In this document: piece after piece, positions 22,560-31,684 of the stretch
Layout: each line of letters opens with the position of its first letter
How positions within the stretch are numbered: position 1 is the stretch's first letter
NCBI GenBank assembly: GCA_001567185.1
Contig: LNFR01000066.1
Coordinates: forward strand, 2,138 to 66,137
Reading direction: 5' to 3'
DNA: 64,000 nt
Source of the DNA: Bacteroidetes bacterium OLB12
Lineage (GTDB): Bacteria; Bacteroidota; Bacteroidia; Cytophagales; Cyclobacteriaceae
Position numbers and translations under genes: made by a program
The notes under the pieces: generated by a model
The model's input: the letters and a program-made list of their open reading frames with translations, nothing else
Told to the model about the DNA's origin: nothing
The model's database searches: none

Positions 22560-23612
22560 ATGGATCAGGAATACATGAAAGGGCGTGGCGCACAGATAAA
22601 AACCGAAAACAGGTTTTTAAAAGCCCGGTATGTAACGGACCATGTTGAGGGCCTTGATGAACCACTGCTCGAATCGCCCACCACTCAAATCTTCGTAGAA
22701 CATGCAAAGAAGATTGTGAACGAAGTAAAGAGCCCGGACCTGAGCATGATGTATTCCATGAATCCTTACCAGGGTTGTGAGCACGGGTGTATTTATTGTT
22801 ATGCGCGCAACACACACGAGTATTATGGCTTTAGTGCCGGGTTGGATTTTGAAAGTAAAATCATTGTAAAGAAAAATGCACCCGCGCTTTTAGAAAAACA
22901 CCTGCTGCACAAAAGTTGGAATGCGGTGCCCATTATGCTAAGCGGTAATACCGATTGCTATCAACCCCAGGAGCGCAAGTTTCAGATTACGCGGGGTATG
23001 TTAAAGGTGTTGGCACAATACCGCCACCCGGTTGGCATTATTACCAAAAACAGTTTGATAACACGCGATCTGGATTTGCTCAAAGATCTGGCAAGCGATA
23101 ACCTGGTGCATGTTTATCTTTCCATCACTACGCTTAATGAAGAGTTAAGGCGAATGTTGGAACCGCGCACCGCCAGCGCCATCAAACGTTTAAAAACATT
23201 GGAAGAATTATCGAAGGCCGGAATACCCACAGGGGTTATGAATGCACCGATCATTCCGGGTTTAAACCATCATGAAATACCAGAGATACTAAAGGCTGCG
23301 GCCGATCATGGCGCCATGAGTTGCGGAATGACTGTTGTGCGGTTAAATGGTTCAATTGGTAAAATCTTTGAAGACTGGTTGCGCAAAAACTTTCCCGATC
23401 GGTTTGATAAAGTGTGGAATCAGATCAGCTCCTTTCATGGCGGCACAGTAAACGATTCGCAATTTGGAAGGCGTATGGCAGGCGAAGGGAATATTGCTGA
23501 AGCCATTCATCAATTGTTCAGGGCTGCCCGGAAAAAGTATTTTGCCAATCGCAGCGTACCGCCCTACAACCTTACGAAATTCCGCAAAGGCGGAACACTA
23601 TCCTTGTTTTAA
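22560..23612 (+). CDS. PA0069/Rv2578c-family radical SAM protein (spore-photoproduct-lyase-like, putative DNA repair)
   Basis: MNPYQGCEHGCIYCYAR (CxxxCxxC), SGNTDCYQP, LEPR. Confidence 0.9.
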   Translation: MDQEYMKGRGAQIKTENRFLKARYVTDHVEGLDEPLLESPTTQIFVEHAKKIVNEVKSPDLSMMYSMNPYQGCEHGCIYCYARNTHEYYGFSAGLDFESKIIVKKNAPALLEKHLLHKSWNAVPIMLSGNTDCYQPQERKFQITRGMLKVLAQYRHPVGIITKNSLITRDLDLLKDLASDNLVHVYLSITTLNEELRRMLEPRTASAIKRLKTLEELSKAGIPTGVMNAPIIPGLNHHEIPEILKAAADHGAMSCGMTVVRLNGSIGKIFEDWLRKNFPDRFDKVWNQISSFHGGTVNDSQFGRRMAGEGNIAEAIHQLFRAARKKYFANRSVPPYNLTKFRKGGTLSLF

Positions 23613-23654
23613 ACCACTGGTGTATCCTTCAGAATTTTTTCAAATTTTATTTTT

Positions 23655-23662
23655 TACTTTTG
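23655..23662 (+). promoter_or_regulatory. -7 element TACTTTTG for the czc leader ORF/operon
   Basis: Exact consensus 4 nt before GTG 23667. Confidence 0.6.
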
Positions 23663-23666
23663 AAGC

Positions 23667-24053
23667 GTGAAAAGACCAATGGCATATCTCCTTACCGCAT
23701 TAATCCTTACGGGATCGGTTATTGATCTGCACGATCTTTCGAAGGTGCCATATATGTTGCGCCATTTTCAGCAACATAAAAGTAACACCCAATCATTTTC
23801 GTTTAGCGATTTCTTCGACCTGCACTATGGGGCATCGGCCGAGCAACATGACAAACAAGAGCATGAACAACACAAGGGGTTGCCTTTCAAAACGCACGAT
23901 TGCACCACCTCGCACATCAGCATGATTCTTACTGATTTTGCCCCCCACATCGAGTCGTCATTCAGTTGCATTATCCGGTATTCTAACTTTTACAAATCCA
24001 CGTACACATCCGCTTTCAGCCAATCCATCTGGCAACCACCTAAGGTGGCATAA
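23667..24053 (+). CDS. His-rich hypothetical protein ending IWQPPKVA; candidate regulatory leader of the czc operon
   Basis: N-terminal hydrophobic segment; HFQQH, LHY, QHDKQEHEQH and KTHDC; C-terminal WQPP; 94 nt upstream of czcA. Confidence 0.75.
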   Translation: MKRPMAYLLTALILTGSVIDLHDLSKVPYMLRHFQQHKSNTQSFSFSDFFDLHYGASAEQHDKQEHEQHKGLPFKTHDCTTSHISMILTDFAPHIESSFSCIIRYSNFYKSTYTSAFSQSIWQPPKVA

Positions 24054-24147
24054 AAAATTCTCACCCAAGTTACTGCCACAACAAAGTTGAAGGGTGGTGG
24101 GGTGAGTGCGGTATTGTTTCATTCATTTTTTCTTAAGTATTATTTCT

Positions 24148-27100
24148 ATGCTTCATGGCATTATCTCCTTTTCAATAAGGAATAAGGTCATCGTAGGTAT
24201 GCTTACCATAGCGCTCGTTTTGTGGGGCAGCTATTCGTTAAAGCAGTTACCGATCGATGCCGTTCCTGATATTACCAACAACCAGGTACAGATTATTACT
24301 GTATCGCCCACCCTGGCCGCACCCGAGGTGGAGCGCCTTGTAACTTTTCCGGTTGAGCAAACTATGGCTACCATTCCTGAAATTGTTGAGATGCGTTCCA
24401 TCTCGCGTTTTGGACTTTCGGTAGTAACCGTGGTGTTTGAAGAAGACACCGATATTTATTGGGCGCGGCAACAAGTAAACGAGCGCCTTAACCAGGCGCA
24501 GGATCAAATACCTGTGGGGATGGGCTCTCCCGAAATTGGTCCGCTTTCAACCGGCCTGAGTGAAATCTATCAATATGTGTTACGAGCCAAACCGGGCTTC
24601 GAAGCAAAATACGATGCCATGGAATTGCGCACCATACAGGATTGGATTGTGCGCAGGCAATTGATAGGCACACCGGGCATAGCCGACATCAGCAGTTTTG
24701 GTGGCTATGTAAAGCAATACGAAATAGCCATTGACCCGGTAAAGTTGCGCGGCATGAACATCAGCATCAGCCAGGTGTTTGAAGCACTGGAAAAAAACAA
24801 TCAAAATACCGGTGGGGCATATATTGAACGCAAGCCCAATACTTACTTTATCCGCAGCGAAGGTCTTGTAAATAACCTGGAAGACATTCGCGCGATCGTG
24901 GTAAAAAATACTTCCAACGGTTTGCCCGTACTAATGCAAGATGTAGGAACTATTCAATTCGGCAGTGCGGCCCGCTATGGCGCATTAACCTATAACAATA
25001 TTGGGGAAGCAGTTGGTGGCGTGGTGTTGATGTTGAAAGGAGCAAATTCATCGCAGGTAATAGGCAATGTAAAGGATCGTATCGAACAAATAAGAAAAAC
25101 ATTGCCTGAAGGGGTGGAGATTGAAGCCTTCCTCGATCGTACCCGGTTGGTTAACAATGCTATTGAAACTGTTGTAAAAAACCTGGCCGAAGGCGCGTTG
25201 ATTGTGGTGTTTGTGTTGGTCATGTTACTCGGAAATTTCAGAGCCGGGTTGGTTGTAGCTTCGGTTATTCCTTTGGCAATGTTATTTGCCGTTGCTATGA
25301 TGAATCTTTTTGGCGTATCAGGAAACCTGATGAGCCTGGGCGCACTCGACTTCGGGTTGATTGTAGATGGAGCTGTAATTATTGTGGAAGCTACCATGCA
25401 TCATTTGGGTATCAACACAATGGCGCGGAAACTTTCGCAGCGCGAAATGGATGAAGAAGTTCAGCAATCTGCCAGTTCTATGATGCGCTCGGCTGCATTC
25501 GGGCAGATTATTATTCTGATTGTTTACCTGCCAATTCTGTCGCTTACGGGCATTGAAGGGAAGATGTTCAAACCCATGGCTCAAACTGTTTCGTTTGCCA
25601 TTTTAGGTGCGCTTATCCTTTCCGTTACCTATGTGCCCATGATTTCTGCGCTGGTGCTTAGCAAAACAACGGGGCACAAAGCAAATTTTTCCGACAGGAT
25701 AATATCATTCTTTAAGCGGGTGTACCAACCCGTGATTGAGTCGGCCCTGAAGCATAAAGTTATTACGGTAGCTGTTTCAGTGATTATGCTGATCGGTAGC
25801 TTCCTTATTTTTCTGCGCCTGGGTGGAGAGTTTATTCCCACGCTGGATGAAGGCGACTTTGCAGTAGAGACCCGCTTGATAACAGGAAGTTCGCTCAGCG
25901 AGTCAATTGAAGTGAATCTTAAGACAGCCGATGTATTGATTAAAAATTTTCCGGAAGTAGAAACTGTAATCGGCAAAATAGGAACCTCCGAAATTCCTAC
26001 CGATCCGATGTCAATCGAAGTAACGGATTTGATTATCACATTAAAAGAAAAAGACGAATGGGTTACAGCCTCCACGCGCGAAGAACTGGCGGATAAGATG
26101 CTGGCAAAACTGGAAGCAGCATTGCCGGGTGTGATGTATGGATTTCAGCAACCCATTCAACTACGTACCAACGAATTGATGACCGGAGCCAAACAGGATG
26201 TTGTGTTAAAAATTTTTGGCGAAGATCTGGACTTGCTGGCGAGGTATGGCGAACAAGTGGGAAAGCTGGCCCGTGAAGTGGAGGGAGCGGAAGATGTGTT
26301 TGTTGAACCCATAGGGGGATTACCTCAAATAGTGGTGAAGTGGAATCGCCAGCGGCTGGCACAGTTTGGGCTAAGTATTGATGAAGTAAACCGCGTGTTG
26401 CGCGCTGGCTTTGCAGGCGAGGTTGCCGGATTGGTTTTTGAAAATGAAAAACGATTCGAGCTGGTGGTTCGGTTGGCCAATCAAAACCGCCAAAACATAA
26501 ACGATGTTAAAAATTTATTTGTTACCACGGCATCGGGATTACAAGTACCGCTAGATCAACTGGCAGAAATCAATCTCACCATTGGTGCCAATCAGATACA
26601 ACGCGATGATGCCAAACGAAGAATTGTAGTAGGGTTTAATGTGCGTGGCCGAGATGTGGAAAGCATTGTAAACGAATTAGACGAAGAGATTTCTGCGAAA
26701 CTGAAATTTGAACCCGGCTATTATATTACCTACGGGGGTTCATTTAAAAATCTGGAAGAAGCGGAGCAACGGTTATCCATTGCTGTACCAATTGCACTCA
26801 TTCTGATTTTCCTGATGTTGTATTTTACGTTCCACTCGCTGCGCCACAGTTTGTTAATTTTTACAGCCATTCCACTTTCAGCCATTGGTGGAGTAGTTGC
26901 GTTGTGGTTGCGCGATATGCCTTTTAGTATTTCGGCCGGAGTGGGCTTTATTGCTTTGTTTGGTGTAGCGGTTCTAAATGGCATTGTACTGATTGCGGAG
27001 TTTAATAAACTCCAAAAGCTTGGTAAAGAATCGTTGCATCAGCTGGTGATGAAAGGAACACAAACCCGCCTTCGGCCGGTGCTTATGACCGCGCTGGTAG

Positions 27101-27273
27101 CTTCGCTCGGTTTTTTACCCATGGCGCTTTCGCAAGGCTCAGGGGCAGAAGTGCAACGCCCGCTTGCTACGGTGGTTATCGGAGGTTTAATAACAGCAAC
27201 CTTACTTACGCTGGTGGTGCTGCCTGTTTTGTACACTTTGTTTGAAAAGAGAACGCAATCAACGGAATTATGA
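24148..27273 (+). CDS. czcA: CusA/CzcA heavy-metal RND efflux pump
   Basis: LPIDAVPDITNNQVQ, GALDFGLIVDGAVIIVE, RLRPVLMTA, EVQRPLATVVIGG. Start taken at ATG 24148. Confidence 0.95.
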   Translation: MLHGIISFSIRNKVIVGMLTIALVLWGSYSLKQLPIDAVPDITNNQVQIITVSPTLAAPEVERLVTFPVEQTMATIPEIVEMRSISRFGLSVVTVVFEEDTDIYWARQQVNERLNQAQDQIPVGMGSPEIGPLSTGLSEIYQYVLRAKPGFEAKYDAMELRTIQDWIVRRQLIGTPGIADISSFGGYVKQYEIAIDPVKLRGMNISISQVFEALEKNNQNTGGAYIERKPNTYFIRSEGLVNNLEDIRAIVVKNTSNGLPVLMQDVGTIQFGSAARYGALTYNNIGEAVGGVVLMLKGANSSQVIGNVKDRIEQIRKTLPEGVEIEAFLDRTRLVNNAIETVVKNLAEGALIVVFVLVMLLGNFRAGLVVASVIPLAMLFAVAMMNLFGVSGNLMSLGALDFGLIVDGAVIIVEATMHHLGINTMARKLSQREMDEEVQQSASSMMRSAAFGQIIILIVYLPILSLTGIEGKMFKPMAQTVSFAILGALILSVTYVPMISALVLSKTTGHKANFSDRIISFFKRVYQPVIESALKHKVITVAVSVIMLIGSFLIFLRLGGEFIPTLDEGDFAVETRLITGSSLSESIEVNLKTADVLIKNFPEVETVIGKIGTSEIPTDPMSIEVTDLIITLKEKDEWVTASTREELADKMLAKLEAALPGVMYGFQQPIQLRTNELMTGAKQDVVLKIFGEDLDLLARYGEQVGKLAREVEGAEDVFVEPIGGLPQIVVKWNRQRLAQFGLSIDEVNRVLRAGFAGEVAGLVFENEKRFELVVRLANQNRQNINDVKNLFVTTASGLQVPLDQLAEINLTIGANQIQRDDAKRRIVVGFNVRGRDVESIVNELDEEISAKLKFEPGYYITYGGSFKNLEEAEQRLSIAVPIALILIFLMLYFTFHSLRHSLLIFTAIPLSAIGGVVALWLRDMPFSISAGVGFIALFGVAVLNGIVLIAEFNKLQKLGKESLHQLVMKGTQTRLRPVLMTALVASLGFLPMALSQGSGAEVQRPLATVVIGGLITATLLTLVVLPVLYTLFEKRTQSTEL

Positions 27274-28490
27274 TTTACAGAGTTAAAATTTTTGTTTTGT
27301 CGCTTGCGCTGATCAGCACTGCGACTTACGCTCAAAAAATGAGTTGCAAGGAAGCGATACAAGCTGCACTAAAAAATAACGATCGCCTAAAGGCGGAAGA
27401 ATACCATATCGAGCAAGCCCGCCAGCTTAAGAAAGCACAAACGGACCTTGGTAAGTTTTCGGCTACCTTAATGAAGGGCGAGTACAACACCATTCAACAA
27501 GACAACAACGTTACATTTTCGCAAAGCATTCCTTTTCCTTCTACGCTGATGGCTCAAAACAAATTAGGCAAGGAACAGGTACTGGGTGCCGAGCGAAGCC
27601 TGGCCCTTGAGCAAAACAACCTGGTGTATGAAGTAAGGTTGGCTTACGAACTCTTGTTGTATCACCAGGCGCTTCAGCAACTCTTGCTTTCGCAGGATAC
27701 CTTGTTTGCGAATTTCGCGCGGGTGGCTTCGGTTCGCTACAAAACCGGTGAAGGAACCTTGCTGGAAAAAACAACAGCCGAGAGCCAACACCTTGAAATC
27801 AAAAATCAATTACAGCAGAATGAAGCCGACAGGAACATCGTTCAAAAACGATTGCAGGTATTGGTTAACACAGGCGAAGTAATTCAGCCGAACGAAGATT
27901 TTGTTAAGCGCACACTAACCCAGGGCACCCTTACCAATAACCCAACATGGCAGTATGAATTGCAACAGACCAACATCAGCCGGCAGGCGCTTCGCGTTGA
28001 GCGCAACAGGTTTTTACCCGATCTTGAATTGGGGTATTTCAACCAAACGTTAATCGGATTTCAAAATACTACGGGCACCGAAGAGTTTTACGATAAGAGT
28101 AAGCGCTTTCAAGGCTTTATCGTGGGTGTTTCCTTCCCGCTTTGGTTTGCCCCACAAACTGCGCGGGCAAAGGCAGCTTTTTACCAGCATGAGGCAGCAC
28201 AAAAAACGGCTGGCTATACACAGGCATTAATTACGCAGGAGTATGAGCAAGCCATGCTTGAATTAAGAAAGAACGAAACCAGCCTGGCGTATTACGAACA
28301 GTCTGCGCTTCAAAATGCAGCGCTCATACTATCGCAAGCAACTAAGTCATTTCAGACGGGTGAAATTGGCTATGCCGAGTATTTACAATCGTTGCGCACG
28401 GCTATCGGTATTAAAGCCAATTACCTGATGGCGTTGCAGCAGTATAATTTATCTATCATCAAAATCGAATCACTCACCGGAACCATCTGA
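27270..28490 (+). CDS. TolC/CzcC-family outer-membrane efflux channel
   Basis: Signal peptide ending AQ, two OEP-like helical halves, FLPDLELGY. ATGA overlap with czcA. Confidence 0.88.
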   Translation: MIYRVKIFVLSLALISTATYAQKMSCKEAIQAALKNNDRLKAEEYHIEQARQLKKAQTDLGKFSATLMKGEYNTIQQDNNVTFSQSIPFPSTLMAQNKLGKEQVLGAERSLALEQNNLVYEVRLAYELLLYHQALQQLLLSQDTLFANFARVASVRYKTGEGTLLEKTTAESQHLEIKNQLQQNEADRNIVQKRLQVLVNTGEVIQPNEDFVKRTLTQGTLTNNPTWQYELQQTNISRQALRVERNRFLPDLELGYFNQTLIGFQNTTGTEEFYDKSKRFQGFIVGVSFPLWFAPQTARAKAAFYQHEAAQKTAGYTQALITQEYEQAMLELRKNETSLAYYEQSALQNAALILSQATKSFQTGEIGYAEYLQSLRTAIGIKANYLMALQQYNLSIIKIESLTGTI

Positions 28491-28495
28491 TCATT

Positions 28496-29656
28496 ATGAA
28501 CTCCATTATTATATCAACCAAAAATCTTTACCGGGTAGTTCTGCTGGCAACCCTTACGGTGGTGTCATGTTCAAAACCCGAACATACCAGCCAGGAAGAA
28601 TCAGCAGCCGAGGCAGAAACCATTCGCCTGACAGCGGAGCAGGTTAAAACGATTGGTTTGCAGTTGGGCAATGTAGAATCCCGAACAATCGCATCGCCCG
28701 TGCGGGTAAACGGTATGCTGGAAGTGCCACCCCAAAACATGGTTACGATAGCTGCGCCCATGGGAGGTTTTGTAAAGCATACCGAACTGCTGCAGGGCAT
28801 GCGCGTGAAGCAGGGCCAGGTAGTGGTTACGCTCGAGCATCAGGATTATATCCGCTTACAACAGGATTACCTGGAAAGCAAAACCCAATTGGAGTTTCTG
28901 GAGCAGGAATATAAACGCCAGGAAGAACTTGCCCGCGAAAATGTAAACGCTGCAAAAGTATTGCAACAGGCTCTATCAAATTACAACTCGGCAAAAGCCA
29001 AAGAAGAAGGATTGCGCGCACAAATTAAAATGATTGGGCTTTCCGCAGAGACTATTCAGAAAGAGGGAATAAAAAGTATAATTAATATTACTACCCCCAT
29101 TGCCGGTTATGTAACGGAAGTAAATGTAAACCGGGGCAAGTTTGTAAATAGTGCAGATGTCATGTTTAAGATTGTTGACACCGACCACCTGCATGCCGAA
29201 GCCCAGGTATTTGAGGGAGATATTATGAAACTTCGTACCGGGCAAACCATGAAGTTGAAGTTGGCCAATGAAACAGAAGAACGAATTGCTACCATTTATC
29301 TGATCGGTAAAGAAATTTCAGCAGAGCGAACCGTGCGGGTGCACGGCCACCTGGAAAAAGAAGACCCCTTGTTGATTCCCGGAATGTACTTCGCAGCAAC
29401 TATCGAAACAGGCAGCAGCCCTGTGCCTGCTTTGCCCGAGGCTGCAGTAGTGAGCTACGATGGGGTGAGTTATATTTTCATTCAAAAGGCAGCGAACGAA
29501 TTTGGTTGGGTAGAAGTGAAAACCGGTATTAGTGAATCGGGGTTTACACATGTTATTTTACCCGATGACTTTGATAGGAATGCCGCTGTGGTAACCCGCG
29601 GGGCCTATTCATTACTCAGCATACTTAAAAACGCAGAGGGCCACGATGATCACTAA
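28496..29656 (+). CDS. RND periplasmic adaptor (CzcB-like), lipoprotein
   Basis: Lipobox VVSC, barrel-sandwich/coiled-coil MFP pattern, ITTPIAGYV, C-terminal GHDDH. Confidence 0.92.
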   Translation: MNSIIISTKNLYRVVLLATLTVVSCSKPEHTSQEESAAEAETIRLTAEQVKTIGLQLGNVESRTIASPVRVNGMLEVPPQNMVTIAAPMGGFVKHTELLQGMRVKQGQVVVTLEHQDYIRLQQDYLESKTQLEFLEQEYKRQEELARENVNAAKVLQQALSNYNSAKAKEEGLRAQIKMIGLSAETIQKEGIKSIINITTPIAGYVTEVNVNRGKFVNSADVMFKIVDTDHLHAEAQVFEGDIMKLRTGQTMKLKLANETEERIATIYLIGKEISAERTVRVHGHLEKEDPLLIPGMYFAATIETGSSPVPALPEAAVVSYDGVSYIFIQKAANEFGWVEVKTGISESGFTHVILPDDFDRNAAVVTRGAYSLLSILKNAEGHDDH

Positions 29657-30299
29657 CCTCAGCCATAACGAGATATTAATTTATATCCTTGGATTTTTTG
29701 CCCAATCGCTTTTTGGCGCGCGCACAGTGGTGCAATGGGTGCAGTCTGAGCGTGCCGGGCGGGTTGTATCACCAACATGGTTTTGGATTTTCAGTTTAAG
29801 TGGCTCCATATTATTTCTTGTTTATGGATTGCTGCGAAAGGATGTAGTAATTCTGGTTGGGCAAACACTCTCGTTCTATATTTATGTACGCAACCTTCAG
29901 TTAAAACAGGTATGGAGTAAACTCCACGTTATATTCAGAATACTGATTGTGCCTATTCCATTTGTATTGATGGGCTGGACGTGGTGGGTAACCCCGCAGA
30001 GTTTTCAACACATTTTTAGAGGAACAAACGTTGCGGATGTGGCGTTGCTTGTGGGCGGTGTTGGACAATTATTATTGAATTTGCGATACCTGTACCAATG
30101 GTATTTTTCCGAGAAGGCCCGGCAATCGCTTTTACCCTTGGGGTTCTGGATAATAAGTGCGGTGGCTTCGTTAATGGTAGTTTATTACGGCATCAGGCGC
30201 AATGATCCGGTTTTGCTTACAGCGCAAAGTTTAGGTTTTGCGGTTTACCTGCGCAACATCTGGTTTGCCTTGCGCACCCGTGCAGTTGTAAAGCAATAA
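29646..30299 (+). CDS. Membrane protein with two lipid-A-disaccharide-synthase N-terminal (LAB_N)-type repeats
   Basis: Repeated GQ.LF..R..(V/Y)QW..SE......P..FW..S..GS/AS.....YG..R.D.V motif. Confidence 0.85.
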   Translation: MITNLSHNEILIYILGFFAQSLFGARTVVQWVQSERAGRVVSPTWFWIFSLSGSILFLVYGLLRKDVVILVGQTLSFYIYVRNLQLKQVWSKLHVIFRILIVPIPFVLMGWTWWVTPQSFQHIFRGTNVADVALLVGGVGQLLLNLRYLYQWYFSEKARQSLLPLGFWIISAVASLMVVYYGIRRNDPVLLTAQSLGFAVYLRNIWFALRTRAVVKQ

Positions 30300-30312
30300 C
30301 CTATCTTGCAGC

Positions 30313-31515
30313 ATGGCCGATTGGAAACCGATTTGTGATAGCACGGTGCAGGAGTTCATCTTTAAGAATGAACATGCCGATGAACGTGAATTGGTGCTGC
30401 AACACAAAACTCTTTTCAACCTCCCGGCAAAATTAATCGCAGAACAAATTGCCGGCAGACGAAAGTCCAGGAAAAAGCTTCCGCTCTGGCACAACATGCG
30501 CGGCATTGTTTATCCACCTGCGCTTAATCTGGAGCAATCGTCTTCGCAGGCAACAGCAAAATTTAAAGCGTCATTTCTTAAAACAGAAGCTCAGCCAAAC
30601 GCATTAATTGACCTTACCGGTGGCTTTGGGGTAGATTCATTCTACTTTTCAGAAAAATTTGAGAACGTTATTTATGTGGAGCCGAATGCAGCGTTGCTAT
30701 CCTTGGTTCAGCATAACCATGCGCAGTTAGGGGCAACCACAATTCAACACATTCACTCAACAGCAGAAGAATATGTTGAATCTGTTTCGGGCAATCCTGT
30801 TTTTTACCTCGATCCCTCGCGCAGAGATGAAAATTCCAAAAAGATTTTTCGCTTACGCGATTGTGTGCCTGACATAACACATTTGCAAAAATTGCTTTTT
30901 GAGAAAAGCGAGTGGGTGTTGCTGAAGGCTTCGCCCCTGCTGGATATTCAACAGGGATTGCGTGAGGTTGCTCATGTAAAAACAGTAATTGCACTTTCGG
31001 TTGAAAATGAGATGAAGGAATTATTGTTTCTCTCACGGAAGGGATTTAAGGCAAACCCATTGTGGATCGCAATCGACCTGGATCAGGAAGGGTATATAAA
31101 ATCAAAGTTCCCTTTTCTGTACGAACAAGAAGCTGAAGCAACCGCACCCATGGGCGAACCACAGCAATACCTCTATGAACCCAATGCGGCTATAATGAAA
31201 ACCGGTGCGTTTAAGTTAACAGCAACCCTGTTCGGACTAACCAAGCTGGCCGCCAACACACATTTATACACAAGCACAGCATGGATAAAGGATTTTCCAG
31301 GGCGCGTTTTTAAAATTGAAATACTGAATCCTTCCGCGGATGATCTGAAAAAATTGTTACCCAACAACCGGGCGCATACCGCTATTCGCAACTATCCGCT
31401 AACGGCACCACAACTCATGAAAAAACTCAGGCTTGATGAAGGTGGTGAGATGTTTGTGTGGGGCTTTAGCACTACCAAATCGAAGTATGTAGCCTTGTGC
31501 AAACAACTTCTTTAG
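30313..31515 (+). CDS. Class I SAM-dependent methyltransferase with C-terminal THUMP-like domain
   Basis: LEQSSS, DLTGGFGVD SAM motif, YLDPSRR, LYEPNAAIMK. Confidence 0.85.
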   Translation: MADWKPICDSTVQEFIFKNEHADERELVLQHKTLFNLPAKLIAEQIAGRRKSRKKLPLWHNMRGIVYPPALNLEQSSSQATAKFKASFLKTEAQPNALIDLTGGFGVDSFYFSEKFENVIYVEPNAALLSLVQHNHAQLGATTIQHIHSTAEEYVESVSGNPVFYLDPSRRDENSKKIFRLRDCVPDITHLQKLLFEKSEWVLLKASPLLDIQQGLREVAHVKTVIALSVENEMKELLFLSRKGFKANPLWIAIDLDQEGYIKSKFPFLYEQEAEATAPMGEPQQYLYEPNAAIMKTGAFKLTATLFGLTKLAANTHLYTSTAWIKDFPGRVFKIEILNPSADDLKKLLPNNRAHTAIRNYPLTAPQLMKKLRLDEGGEMFVWGFSTTKSKYVALCKQLL

Positions 31516-31567
31516 ATAGCGATAGATTGTAAGGAGTTTGCTTTTGATGCATTACAACCGTTTTCGC

Positions 31568-31582
31568 TACTAACTGTTAGTA
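31568..31582. promoter_or_regulatory. Perfect 7-1-7 palindrome TACTAAC-T-GTTAGTA upstream of gltB
   Basis: Read directly, about 100 nt before gltB. AGTAACAAA is directly repeated at 31579 and 31609. Confidence 0.4.
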
Positions 31583-31684
31583 ACAAACAAAATTTTTATT
31601 GGGGAAAGAGTAACAAATCCAAATACAATACCTGTAAATTGGTGGTTCACTTTACAATAATTTTTTAAAACCACTACCTTAGAA

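Noticed and set aside
23667-31515. The czc locus as a mobile metal-resistance island
   Set aside because: No integrase, transposase, tRNA or att-like repeats, and no obvious composition shift.
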